From: an uncultured Rickettsiales bacterium
GTDB lineage: Bacteria > Pseudomonadota > Alphaproteobacteria > Rickettsiales > Rickettsiaceae
Assembly: GCA_903828265.1 (NCBI GenBank)
Contig: CAIKLL010000009.1
Span: 19,877-83,876, forward strand
Direction of reading: 5' to 3'
DNA: 64,000 nucleotides
This document shows, piece after piece, positions 20,464 to 30,268 of this stretch (positions are counted from its first letter, which is position 1; every line of letters begins with the position of its first letter). The notes below the pieces were generated by a model. It ran no database searches and was not told where the DNA came from. It worked only from the letters and a program-made list of their open reading frames with translations. The position numbers and the translations under genes were made by a program.

Positions 20464-20491
20464 TTGACTTCAAATGATTTCGGTTTATACT
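20464..20491 (+). promoter_or_regulatory. candidate sigma70 promoter for rplU-rpmA
   Basis: TTGACT (20464-20469), 16-nt spacer, TATACT (20486-20491), about 45 nt upstream of the rplU ATG. Confidence 0.35.
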
Positions 20492-20535
20492 CTGGAAGTT
20501 ATATTTTAAGTAATTATAAAAGAGAATTTGCTAGT

Positions 20536-20853
20536 ATGTTCGCAGTTGTTAAAACAGGTGGAAAGCAATATAAAGTTGCAAAAAATAGCATAATCAAAGT
20601 TGAGAAAATCGACGGTCAGCTAGGTAGTAAAATTGAGCTGAACGAAGTTTTATTAGTGGGTGAGTACTCTAAGCCATCCTTTATCGGTACTCCGGTTGTA
20701 AAAGGAGCAACAGTAACTGCAGAAATAACTAATCAATTTAGAGACGATAAAATTATCGTGTTTAAAAAGAAAAGACGTCAGCATTATCGCCGCAAAAATG
20801 GTCACAGGCAAGATCTGACAGAATTAAAAATTCTTGATATTGTAAAAAAATAA
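20536..20853 (+). CDS. rplU: 50S ribosomal protein L21
   Basis: [14 protein letters not shown]... canonical L21 N-terminus. The ORF-track TTG start at 20464 adds 24 non-conserved residues and overlaps the promoter. Confidence 0.95.
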   Translation: MFAVVKTGGKQYKVAKNSIIKVEKIDGQLGSKIELNEVLLVGEYSKPSFIGTPVVKGATVTAEITNQFRDDKIIVFKKKRRQHYRRKNGHRQDLTELKILDIVKK

Positions 20854-20865
20854 GGATGAAAAGAT

Positions 20866-21111
20866 ATGGCAACTAAAAAAGCTGGTGGTAGTTCAAGAAA
20901 CGGTCGTGACTCAGCTGGGAGAAGGTTAGGAGCAAAAAAATCTGACGGTCAAGCTGTAGTTCCTGGCAATATAATATATAGGCAACGAGGAACAAAAATT
21001 TTTCCTGGTAAAAATGTTGGTATAGGTAAAGACCATACTCTCTTTGCCTTAGCTTCGGGAAAAGTCGAATTCGTATCAAAAAAAGATCGTAAACTAGTAA
21101 ACGTTATATAA
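20866..21111 (+). CDS. rpmA: 50S ribosomal protein L27
   Basis: [25 protein letters not shown]...[24 protein letters not shown] is canonical L27. Confidence 0.95.
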   Translation: MATKKAGGSSRNGRDSAGRRLGAKKSDGQAVVPGNIIYRQRGTKIFPGKNVGIGKDHTLFALASGKVEFVSKKDRKLVNVI

Positions 21112-21617
21112 CAGTCCGTCGTAGAAAATACGAGAGATATTCCGCTGTAAGTAGTATGTATATTTTTGTGGAAAAGTAGTTACTCAAGTATGTTAGGAAG
21201 TTGATTCGGGCTTTATACAAAGTTTTTTTATATGGTCATATTTTCGATCAAATATAACCCCTATAGTAAAAGATTTTTATCATTCTTAACTAAAAAAGAA
21301 AATAAAAATTAGTTGTAATTATTACTTGCCATGCGTAAATTATTTCCTATCATCTAAGATGGGGCATTAAAAATTAAAACTATTTTAATGTAAATATTCC
21401 AACGTTATAAATTAATAGACTTGCCACAAAAAATTTCAAAAATTAATCTTCAAGATGGATTTTTATTTATTAAAAACCCTTTTCTACAAAAACCTATACT
21501 ATATGTTAATTTAATCTCATCTACAAAACTTACACTAAGAAACATATTCTATTTAATAGGACACGTTTTATAACCTTTATACCTTCGAAAATATCTTGAT
21601 AATTGTCTCTTTTTTAA

Positions 21618-22088
21618 CTAATTTCCTTCATTCCAAAGAATATTGTACGGGTAAATCAATTGTATATTTTTTTTGAGATCAAGGTTCCAAAATTCTACTC
21701 GCGGAGAGATCCATGTTCCTAAAAGTTTTCTTAAAAAATAATATTCAAAAGTTGGTTTATCATCAGTATTAGAATCTGTCTTAAGCTCTGCAGGTACGTT
21801 ATTAAATATTGTTATTGATAATTTATTCCTTAATATTCTGTTTTCATCATCTATACCAGGAAGAGATGCAAACCAAGCTTTTTCAATGTCTTCAGTAGTA
21901 TTTGCACTCTCTGGTCTAATAACTTCCCCTTTTTTGAAATACATATGGTAATAACCTCTCCAAATAGCATTACCAAAAATTTTAAATACATTAGTAAGTT
22001 GTCCTATTAAAGGACAAGTACTTAGGTGGTATCGATATTTAAGATTTATGGGATATAATATTTTAGCCTCAATTAGAAAATTAAAAGG
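21618..22088 (-). pseudogene. C-terminal portion of a gene apparently truncated by IS5 insertion
   Basis: The frame is open from 22088 down to the stop at 21618 (157 codons) but has no start codon upstream of the internal Met at 21944. The frame closes exactly where the IS5-like sequence begins. No family recognised. Confidence 0.3.
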
Positions 22089-22089
22089 T

Positions 22090-22890
22090 CAGAATATTAT
22101 ATGATTTAAGAAAAGGCCAATGCGCGGAAGAACTAATAAATGATATCTTGCCTACAAAAAGAATGCATAGAGGATGTACAAGGTATGATAATCGTGGATT
22201 TATAGGGGCAGAGTAATATGGATTGCTAGAACTGCAGCACTATAAAGGACACTGTTCGCAGAAGTACGGTAGGTGGTTTACAGTTCACAAAAGCTCCATG
22301 GGATAGACAAGAGCAAAATTATGACCAATGTTATTTAACCCTTTAGCTGTAGATATTGATAATAAATGGCTGATGATAAATTCTACCATCATCAGAGCGC
22401 CTCAGTATTGAGCCTGGATTTTTAACAAAAGCCAGAAATTGCTATGCGAAAACAATGGCTAGGAAGGTCAAAAGTAGGCTTTAACAGCAAGCATTATGCA
22501 AATTACAATACTTTTGGTAACCCTATAAAATTTTTGTCACAGTAGGATAAATGTCTGATTATATAGATTATATAAAAGCTTTAGACTTGTCAGAGAACAG
22601 ACAAATAAATGCATTGATATCAGACAAAGGGTATGAGGTATATTATACTGTAGAAGCTGCTAGAAATGTTGGATTGCAAGTTGTTCCACTCTCAAAAGCT
22701 ATATACAAGATCACAAGAGACTATGCTCAAGAATTATATAAAAAACACAATCTAGTATAGCGTCTGGTCAATAATCTCAAGTATTTCAGGCGTGTAGTAA
22801 GATATGTCAAAACTTGATATTTTCTAGCTTGCTTTAGGTTTTCTGGCAGGAATTTATTTATAACTAAAATAAAATGTCGATACTATCTTG
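22090..22890 (+). mobile_element. IS5-family (DDE_Tnp_1 type) transposase pseudogene
   Basis: Plus-strand translation across several frames and stops: ILPTKRMHRGCTRYDNRGFIGAE*YGLLELQHYKGHCSQKYGRWFTVHKSSMG..., ...WLMINSTIIRAPQY..., ...LGRSKVGFNSKHYANYNTFGNPIKFL..., ...ALISDKGYE...YKKHNLV.RLVNNLKYFRRVVRYVKT. Collinear with the IS5-family consensus (W..iDST.iRAHQ, GRS.GGf.tKiH, DKGYD, YK.RN.iEr.F..lK.fRRiaTRYdK). Boundaries approximate. Confidence 0.65.
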
Positions 22891-22917
22891 TTCATTTAAA
22901 AAATTACCGATATGACG

Positions 22918-23016
22918 CTATATCTCTATGAAATCTGTTTTCTTAATTTGTCTTTTGCTATTATTAACTGAACTGGTCTTGGAAATAAGTCTAAAAAGAG
23001 CTTTGCAGTTGGTCAT
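22918..23016 (-). pseudogene. possible N-terminal stub of the IS5-disrupted gene
   Basis: 32-codon ORF (MTNCKALFRLISKTSSVNNSKRQIKKTDFIEI) starting 8 nt after the stop of the 645-aa gene and ending near the right edge of the IS5 relic. Confidence 0.25.
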
Positions 23017-23023
23017 TTAGCTG

Positions 23024-24961
23024 CTATTTAAAATCTTTCAAGGCCCACCCTACATTTACTATACACCAGGGAGAATCACATACTAAATACTTAAGTACGG
23101 CATTATTAGTTAAATTAATATTAGTATTGTATAGTTCTTTTAGGTCTTCTTGAACAAAAGGAAATAATAAGCCATATTGAACTGCTTTTTTAATCTGATC
23201 AAACATTTTATCCGTCAGTAATTCAGGATATATCTTGGCGACTGTCAGTAAAGCCATCACATCAATTGTTAAATACGAAATATCTGCTTGCCCTGTATCT
23301 CCAGGATGTATAGGCGTATTGATAGACAAATTATCATCCTTGGTCCATTTTTCAGCCACTCTTCCATACCAATATTTCCAGGTATAATTCTCTAAATTAG
23401 CTTCCCTAACACCTGATTTTTCTAAGAAGGTAAGAATCATGTTTCTTGCTATTTCACTATTTTTATTATATGAGTCTCCATAAACGACTCCAGCTACCCA
23501 ATCATCTTGTTGGTTAAAAGGGACTTTGAATCCATCAAAAGGAAAATCTATACCTTTGGGCCACTTTAATGAAATCCGGTCCCTGGGTAAATTATCTATA
23601 TCTGTATTATTAGACTGATATAAGACTTCTTCGTGATCAATAAGATCCTCAACCTCATCTCTAAACTTATTTAAATTAGGTAATGTTTCAATAGTTGAAT
23701 CATAGCGTTTCAATAATCTTAAAATCCGGCCAGTTTGTACTGCATATATTCTAGGTTGCTTTTTAGTAGAGTATCTAGTTGACTCAACAGCTTTAACCCC
23801 ATCCTTAATATAATTATTTAATAAAGAAATTTCCTGATTTAAGCGTTTTTTTAATTTAGTTTTAAATTCCGTTGAATAAAATTCAAACTCATTTAAAAAC
23901 CTGGGGGAAACAATATCAATAAATAAGTTTAAATAATAAACCTGAGACCATGCTATTCTTGCTTGGTCATTATCCATACCCATTTCTAATAACCCTGAAT
24001 CCTTTGTTCTAAATATCAAATGCTGAAGATATTCCTCTCTATTGGAAGTATTAAGAGTTTTGAAAGTTTCGTGACAGTTATTATCTAAATACATCTCGTA
24101 CACTGGTGTTGTTCCAAAGTTTTTTGAGATATCTTTATTTATAAGATTATATGAAATGTAAGTTGGTTTACTATCTTTGCTATTGGTTGCTAGCAAACCA
24201 TAAGCACAAGTCTTATTACCTTTTAATTCCAGAATAAAAAAATCCTTAGGTAAATCAATTTTTTCAATAAAGTTGTTACTTTCGTTAATAATATTACAAT
24301 AATTGCCTGAACAAGTTATAAGCTTATTATCATCAATAGAAGCAAAATGAATTACCCTGTCAATTCCAAACCTGATATCTTGATCTTTACCAAGATTAAT
24401 GGAAAAATTATTATCAAAAGCAGCAGTATCATTAAGAAGACTAAGTCTATAAAGGATATTTAAATCCCCACGCTCATCAGCAATTAAAGAATCGTTAAAA
24501 TTCTTTGGTACATAATTAACGAAATATACATGTTTACCATTAAAAAAGGCACCTCTAAAATAACCATAATCTTGGAATGCCGCAGGTAAGCTTATTTCCT
24601 CAATCATTTTCTCATTCAAGGTAAGCTGTATTACTTTAAATCCCTTTTGAAGAATATTTCTAGTGAAAAGGATAAGCTTATTAGGTGTCAGTTCTAAAAT
24701 TTTTACTGGCAGGTTAGAATTAAGTTTTATATTTAGTTTCTTATTTACGGATAAGATTACTTTCTGAGATTGAACATCTAAATAAGCTTTAATATGGTGG
24801 TTCTCAGTATTGTAGTTTGTGAAGTATATTTCAGAAAAGGCCTTTTCATCAATATTATTAATGGAATTATCCTGGAGATTGGCCTTTGTAATGAAAGAGA
24901 AGAAAATAATAATAGTAGAAATTAGTTCTCTACAGAAAATAAAGCCATATTTATTAATCAT
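23024..24961 (-). CDS. exported/membrane-anchored 645-aa protein, no family recognised
   Basis: N-terminal hydrophobic segment LISTIIIFFSFITKA. Aromatic-rich C-terminal half (IAWSQVYYLNLF, DDWVAGVVYGDSY, WKYWYGRVAEKW) and paired cysteines (CSGNYC, CDSPWC). Its ATG overlaps the stop of the upstream amidotransferase by 8 nt. Confidence 0.75.
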   Translation of the reverse strand: MINKYGFIFCRELISTIIIFFSFITKANLQDNSINNIDEKAFSEIYFTNYNTENHHIKAYLDVQSQKVILSVNKKLNIKLNSNLPVKILELTPNKLILFTRNILQKGFKVIQLTLNEKMIEEISLPAAFQDYGYFRGAFFNGKHVYFVNYVPKNFNDSLIADERGDLNILYRLSLLNDTAAFDNNFSINLGKDQDIRFGIDRVIHFASIDDNKLITCSGNYCNIINESNNFIEKIDLPKDFFILELKGNKTCAYGLLATNSKDSKPTYISYNLINKDISKNFGTTPVYEMYLDNNCHETFKTLNTSNREEYLQHLIFRTKDSGLLEMGMDNDQARIAWSQVYYLNLFIDIVSPRFLNEFEFYSTEFKTKLKKRLNQEISLLNNYIKDGVKAVESTRYSTKKQPRIYAVQTGRILRLLKRYDSTIETLPNLNKFRDEVEDLIDHEEVLYQSNNTDIDNLPRDRISLKWPKGIDFPFDGFKVPFNQQDDWVAGVVYGDSYNKNSEIARNMILTFLEKSGVREANLENYTWKYWYGRVAEKWTKDDNLSINTPIHPGDTGQADISYLTIDVMALLTVAKIYPELLTDKMFDQIKKAVQYGLLFPFVQEDLKELYNTNINLTNNAVLKYLVCDSPWCIVNVGWALKDFK

Positions 24962-26858
24962 ATTTCAAGCTCCGAATAGCATTTATAAGATCGACGAAGT
25001 TTACGTTGATCATTTTGCAGTATTCTTCTATATCTTCTAAGCGTGGTATATTTTCTCTGGCACAATATGTTAAAGCGGTTTCTCGGTCTATCATTCCCTC
25101 TCTTATTTGGTTAGATCTGAGGCAGTCATTCTCGGTAAAACCTGCATGAATATAATAAATATAATTATATAATGGAGCAGTACCATCACCAATTCGCCAA
25201 CTAGAGCTGTAATTACTATCCCATTCCCAATCATATTCTTCCTTAAGCTGTTTATCGATTGAGCTTTCTAACCATGGTTCGAAATCGAATAAATATAAAA
25301 AATCTTGGTTCATCACATAATAAGATAAAAATCCAAAAAACACATCTAACATTGAGCTATTAATATAACGTGGATTCTGAAGATATTGGCGAGCATAATA
25401 AGCTAGTAGCTTGGCTTTTCCTTTGAAGGTTAGTTGATGGACTTGTGATCCAAAATTAGAAGAATCCACCCCGCAATAGCCTGCTTTAAAAGAAGTTTTT
25501 TCTAAATGATTAGGGCAAAAAATTATTAGCTTTAAATTATTTTTCTTCATCAACTGATTAGCGTGGTAAAAATAAGTTTTATCTCCGGCCATGAATATAG
25601 GTATCATTCCAATATCTGGACGTTTTATCCATGCTTCCACATTCTTTCTTATATTTTCTCGTTTCTTTCTTATATCAGCTGCAACCCAGATGTGCTCTAC
25701 TCCAAGTTTACTACACATTCTTGCTTGATTACGGCGAGCTAAGTCAGTGACCATACCCCAATCATATGAGTATGCAAGAGGTGACATCTTATATTTATTT
25801 TTCAGCAAATGCAGCCCATAACTACTATCCCGTCCTCCGCTAAAAGCCACCAAGCAATCTGGGCCATCTTTTTTCCTATATTTAGATAAGACTTCTTCTA
25901 AAGCTACACTACCTTTCAAAGGAACTGGCAAATAACTTGTACAAATATTACAAACACCTTCACCATTAAAAGAAATGCCGGGGAAAGTTTCGGGTAATAT
26001 ACATTTGGTACACCGTTTAAGCTGCTTAAACTTTTCATGAAGTTTGTCTTCAATATCAATTATTTTTATTGGCTGAATATTAGTAACTGTCGATGAGCAC
26101 TCAATATTTTCATTATTAGTTTTATAAATATTATCTAAACTTAATAAGTGCTTATTATAGTCAAGTATTAAAAAGTGATGCGGCCTTAATTGTTCTATCT
26201 GTTTAGCTTTTAATTTGAATTCTTGAAGAAATCGTTGAAGTATGTACCTTTCTGAAGCAGCAATAAAAAAACCGTTTGCTATATCGTTAATGTAGTAAAT
26301 ACTGCCAGTATTTGTGGTTAATAATTTTAGGTTAAGATCTGGTAGGTCAAAAATAATATTGTTTTCCCCATAAACTTTCTCTAAAAGTGCTTTAACGGCT
26401 TCTTTAATACTGCTCTTCTCTTTTAAGGCTTTATCAAATATTTCAGAGATAAGATACGTATCTAATTCATATTTTCCAGGAAATTCTTTTATTAATGTCT
26501 CCATGTTAGTTACAATGCCATTTTGGGCACACACATGGCTATGATAAGAAATTGGTTGATTGTTATTAATATATGCGTTAGAGCCGTTAGTAGCTAATCT
26601 ATTATGTCCAACGACACACGCACCAGCACTAAAGTTACTTTGAAATATTTTGTCAAAATCTTTTTTTTTAATAAATTCCGCGGCTTTTAATGGCTCTCTA
26701 TATAAGTGCACTTCTTTATTAGCGAAATTATTAACTGCTATGCCTGTGGCGTCTTGTCCCCTAGTTTGACTTAAGGTTGCTATAAGAGAAATTATATCTT
26801 TTAATTTATCTTTATCAGCAAAAGTACTAGACATGTATACTGAAAAAACCCCGCACAT
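24954..26858 (-). CDS. fusion: class-II (Ntn) glutamine amidotransferase domain + WbpG/WbuX/PseA-type PP-loop N-acetyl-sugar amidotransferase
   Basis: Start set at MCGVFSV (ATG 26858), preceded by AAGGAG (26868-26873) at 9 nt; Cys2 is the Ntn nucleophile. GHNRLATNG and NGIV motifs of purF-type GATase. Then a Cys4 ribbon CTKCILPETFPGISFNGEGVCNIC and the PP-loop LVAFSGGRDSSY typical of TIGR03573-like sugar amidotransferases. Confidence 0.75.
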   Translation of the reverse strand: MCGVFSVYMSSTFADKDKLKDIISLIATLSQTRGQDATGIAVNNFANKEVHLYREPLKAAEFIKKKDFDKIFQSNFSAGACVVGHNRLATNGSNAYINNNQPISYHSHVCAQNGIVTNMETLIKEFPGKYELDTYLISEIFDKALKEKSSIKEAVKALLEKVYGENNIIFDLPDLNLKLLTTNTGSIYYINDIANGFFIAASERYILQRFLQEFKLKAKQIEQLRPHHFLILDYNKHLLSLDNIYKTNNENIECSSTVTNIQPIKIIDIEDKLHEKFKQLKRCTKCILPETFPGISFNGEGVCNICTSYLPVPLKGSVALEEVLSKYRKKDGPDCLVAFSGGRDSSYGLHLLKNKYKMSPLAYSYDWGMVTDLARRNQARMCSKLGVEHIWVAADIRKKRENIRKNVEAWIKRPDIGMIPIFMAGDKTYFYHANQLMKKNNLKLIIFCPNHLEKTSFKAGYCGVDSSNFGSQVHQLTFKGKAKLLAYYARQYLQNPRYINSSMLDVFFGFLSYYVMNQDFLYLFDFEPWLESSIDKQLKEEYDWEWDSNYSSSWRIGDGTAPLYNYIYYIHAGFTENDCLRSNQIREGMIDRETALTYCARENIPRLEDIEEYCKMINVNFVDLINAIRSLKYD

Positions 26859-26914
26859 AAATAGGCACTCCTTATTCATTTTTATTAAAAAGCCATAATA
26901 GGCACTATTAAATT

Positions 26915-26949
26915 TAAAATCAATATGATTAAACAATATATTGATTTTA
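26915..26949. promoter_or_regulatory. 12-bp perfect inverted repeat in divergent control region
   Basis: TAAAATCAATAT (26915-26926), 11-nt spacer, ATATTGATTTTA (26938-26949), between the amidotransferase operon (-) and the epimerase operon (+). Confidence 0.35.
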
Positions 26950-26991
26950 TATGTCCTTTAAGTTATGATCCGAACCAGAAATGAGGAGTGA

Positions 26992-27897
26992 ATGAATATA
27001 CTTGTTACTGGTGGTGCTGGATTTATAGGATCTCATTTAGTAGATCAGCTAATAGCTTTAGGAAATAAAGTAAAGATTTTAGATAATATTTCCTCTGGTA
27101 ATCTGCTTTATGTTAATAGTAAGTCTGAGCTTATACAGGGAAGTATTACTGATGCTTCATGCCTAAAAAAAGCCTTTAATAATATAGACTTATGTTATCA
27201 TCTTGCCGCGATTCCTTCCGTTCAAAAATCTATGGATAACTGGCCGGAATGCCATCAAGTAAATTTTAGCGGTACTATTAAAATATTTTTAGAAGCAGCC
27301 AAAAGAAATATACCGGTAATATCCACTTCCTCAGCCGCAGTATATGGAGATCCCGTAATTTTACCATTAAACGAAAGCGACCCGATTAATTCAAAATCCC
27401 CGTATGGTACAGATAAATACTGCTCTGAGCTACAAGCTAAAGTTTTCGGGTATATTTATAATTTAAAAAGCGTTACACTCAGGTTATTTAACGTCTACGG
27501 AAGCAGACAAGATCCTAATTCGCCATATTCAGGTGTTATCTCAATATTTGCAAAGCAGATGAGTAGTAATCAGCCTATTACCGTTTATGGAGACGGTAAT
27601 CAAGAGCGAGACTTTATTCATGTTAATGATGTAATTAAATTATTGATAAAGTCCCAAGAACATGTTTCTACTGATGCTAACGTATATAATGGATGTACCG
27701 GCAATGGCACAAGCCTAAATAAACTAATAGAGATATTAAGTAATATCCTTAATATAAAAGCAGAAGTGCATTATCATCCTTTCCGTGATGGAGATATTTA
27801 TAAATCGATAGGTAATCCTCAGAAAGCCCAGAACGATATGGGATTTATTGCTCAAACTGGTATTAAAGCAGGATTGCTTTCTTTATTTGCCACATGA
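26992..27897 (+). CDS. NAD-dependent sugar-nucleotide epimerase (extended SDR, GalE/WbpP-like)
   Basis: GGAGFIGSHL Rossmann motif, catalytic S (STSSAAVYG) and Y-x-x-x-K (SPYGTDKY). 301 aa; SD AGGAG upstream. Confidence 0.8.
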   Translation: MNILVTGGAGFIGSHLVDQLIALGNKVKILDNISSGNLLYVNSKSELIQGSITDASCLKKAFNNIDLCYHLAAIPSVQKSMDNWPECHQVNFSGTIKIFLEAAKRNIPVISTSSAAVYGDPVILPLNESDPINSKSPYGTDKYCSELQAKVFGYIYNLKSVTLRLFNVYGSRQDPNSPYSGVISIFAKQMSSNQPITVYGDGNQERDFIHVNDVIKLLIKSQEHVSTDANVYNGCTGNGTSLNKLIEILSNILNIKAEVHYHPFRDGDIYKSIGNPQKAQNDMGFIAQTGIKAGLLSLFAT

Positions 27898-29006
27898 AAA
27901 AACTCGTTATTTTTACTAACAGTGATTCGCATTTTTATGCTCACTTATTACCAATCGCATTAGCAGCAAAAGCTAACAGCTACCAAGTAAAAATACTGAC
28001 TAACGTAAGTGATTTTCAAAATAAAATACAGAAATATGGTATACAGGTTATCCCTCTCTCTATCAATCGAAGTAGTATAAACCCTTTCAGGGAGTTCATG
28101 CTACTTTTGCGAGTGATAAGAATAATTAAAACTGAAAAACCAGATATTCTTAATAATTTTACTCTCAAACCCATAATATATGGTAGCATAGCTGCTCTTT
28201 TTGCTAAAGTACCTAGAATTATTAATACTTTCCTTGGTATGGGTACCATTTTTATTAGTAATAATGTACTAATTAAATTACTAAAAGTTTTTATTTGTCA
28301 GCTACTTAAAATTATCTACAACTTCAAGAATATGCTTTTTATAGCTCAAAATAACGATGATAAAAAGCTATTAATAGAGCTCAAAATTGCTCAGGAAAAT
28401 GATATTGTTGTGCAATGTAGTGTTGGAGTTAAGGCTGAAGAGTTTCCTAAGCTACCGGAACCCAAGGGTAAGATTATTTTTGCTTTAGTCGCAAGGATGA
28501 TCGCAGATAAGGGTATTAACGAATTCATTATTGCTTCCAAATTATTAAAAGAAAAAGGCATTGAAGCTGAATTTTGGCTAGTAGGAGAACCAGATAAGCA
28601 GAACAGAACATCAATCAGCCTAGATAAGTTAAAATATTACCATCAGCAAGGTTATGTCAGATATTTAGGATTCCAAACTAATATTAAAAAAATATGGAAA
28701 CAAGCACATGTCGCTGTGCTTCCTTCTTACCGTGAAGGATTGAGCCACGCTCTTCTTGAAGCTGGAGCATATGGCAGAGCAATAATAACTACAGATGCTC
28801 CAGGTGGAAGAGAACTAATAAAAGATAAGAATAATGGATTACTTGTAAAAGTAAAAGATTACAAAAGCTTAGCTAACGCAATGGAATTGCTAGTTGTTGA
28901 TAATTCATTAAGGAAAAAACTAGGCAATCAGATTCGTCAAGATATAGCAAACTTATATGATACTGCTATTATTCAAAATAAAATGATAAGTTTTTATAAA
29001 GTATAA
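27894..29006 (+). CDS. GT4-family (GT-B) glycosyltransferase
   Basis: C-terminal E-x7-E region PSYREGLSHALLEAGAYGRAIITTDAPGGRELI. 4-nt overlap with the epimerase gene. Confidence 0.8.
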   Translation: MKKLVIFTNSDSHFYAHLLPIALAAKANSYQVKILTNVSDFQNKIQKYGIQVIPLSINRSSINPFREFMLLLRVIRIIKTEKPDILNNFTLKPIIYGSIAALFAKVPRIINTFLGMGTIFISNNVLIKLLKVFICQLLKIIYNFKNMLFIAQNNDDKKLLIELKIAQENDIVVQCSVGVKAEEFPKLPEPKGKIIFALVARMIADKGINEFIIASKLLKEKGIEAEFWLVGEPDKQNRTSISLDKLKYYHQQGYVRYLGFQTNIKKIWKQAHVAVLPSYREGLSHALLEAGAYGRAIITTDAPGGRELIKDKNNGLLVKVKDYKSLANAMELLVVDNSLRKKLGNQIRQDIANLYDTAIIQNKMISFYKV

Positions 29007-29013
29007 ATCAGCA

Positions 29014-30252
29014 ATGGGTCACCTTACAAAGAACCATATCGAGCTTATATTAAATTTATTATCTTTTGGGATAATAGGTGGTAGCGGTATATTTCTAAAT
29101 ATAATTATTGTTAATTATTATAATATATCAATACTCGGTCTATTTAATCAATTCTTAGCTCTATATTTTATTTTCTCACAGCTAACAACTTTCGGTATCC
29201 ACCAATCTGTTCTGGCATACATGCCATCAAGCAGAAAGCCCGATATTGTGCTATCTTCCGCTCTATTAATCGTCCTCTTATTCTCCTCTGGATCTGCTTT
29301 TATTATATATTTCTTACTTAAATACTTGATCCATTATTTACAAATAATAAACCTGGAAACATCTATAAAATTTTTAATCCCTGTCTTAATATTATTTTCT
29401 GTTAACAAAGTCCTTACCAACTCCCTACTGGGATTAGGACACATGAATAAGTTCGCAATAGCTAATGCTTCTCGCTTTATACTACTCCTAGTTAGCGTGG
29501 TAATTCATATATTAATAAAAGCTAAATATGAAACTATAACTTCTGCATTTATTTTTGCCGAGGTGGGAGTCCTAATCCTACTTCTAGCCTTTAATTTCTC
29601 CACTAAAGATAATATTCCCAAACTAAAGAAAGTTCATATCTTATTATGGATTAAGAAGCATTTTTCTTTTGGAAAATACGCTTTAATTAGTGGCTTTATC
29701 CTAGATCTAAATTCAAAAATCGATATTTTAATATTATCACTTTTTGTTAGTCAATCTGAAGTCGGTATATATGCCTTTGCCGCTATGCTTGGCGAGGGAT
29801 TTTATCAATTTGCTTTGATCTTTAGAAATTTAAATACTAATAAATTCGCATTAGCTATACATAAAGATAAATCTTTAAAATTCCTTGCAAAAAACTCTCT
29901 AGTTTTCTGGCAAAGCCTATTTATTTGCCTTGCCGGCATTATCAGTATATTTTTCTATAAATTTTTTGTAAGTCTTGTTACCAGTAGTAGTGATATTGTA
30001 AGTAAAGGATTTTTCATTTATAGTATTTATGCAACGGGTGTTATTATTTCTTCAAAATGGATAATACTTGATAATATCTTAATCCTTAGAAAACAGCCCA
30101 AACTCGATAATTATGTAAGAATCTCTAGCCTTATCATCAATTTCTCATTTTCATTAATTCTAGTCCAATTTATTGGTATTCTTGGCGCTGCAATAGCTAT
30201 ATTTTTTAGCCTTATTACTACTGCTTTGTTGCTGAAATATTTTTCTCAGTAA
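29014..30252 (+). CDS. Wzx-type (MOP superfamily) oligosaccharide flippase
   Basis: 412 aa, about 12 TM, Wzx-like N-terminus and helix spacing. Sits in a glycan cluster. Confidence 0.65.
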   Translation: MGHLTKNHIELILNLLSFGIIGGSGIFLNIIIVNYYNISILGLFNQFLALYFIFSQLTTFGIHQSVLAYMPSSRKPDIVLSSALLIVLLFSSGSAFIIYFLLKYLIHYLQIINLETSIKFLIPVLILFSVNKVLTNSLLGLGHMNKFAIANASRFILLLVSVVIHILIKAKYETITSAFIFAEVGVLILLLAFNFSTKDNIPKLKKVHILLWIKKHFSFGKYALISGFILDLNSKIDILILSLFVSQSEVGIYAFAAMLGEGFYQFALIFRNLNTNKFALAIHKDKSLKFLAKNSLVFWQSLFICLAGIISIFFYKFFVSLVTSSSDIVSKGFFIYSIYATGVIISSKWIILDNILILRKQPKLDNYVRISSLIINFSFSLILVQFIGILGAAIAIFFSLITTALLLKYFSQ

Positions 30253-30268
30253 TAAGAAAAGATTTAAA

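Noticed and set aside
20464-20535. TTG-initiated 24-codon extension of rplU
   Set aside because: L21 begins at the conserved [14 protein letters not shown], and the extension coincides with a good -35/-10 promoter pair.
26859-26936. 26-codon N-terminal extension of the amidotransferase in the ORF track (MFNHIDFKFNSAYYGFLIKMNKECLF)
   Set aside because: Ntn amidotransferases need Cys directly after the initiator Met. MCG at 26858 has an AAGGAG SD at a 9-nt spacing, and the extension overlaps the repeat-rich control region.
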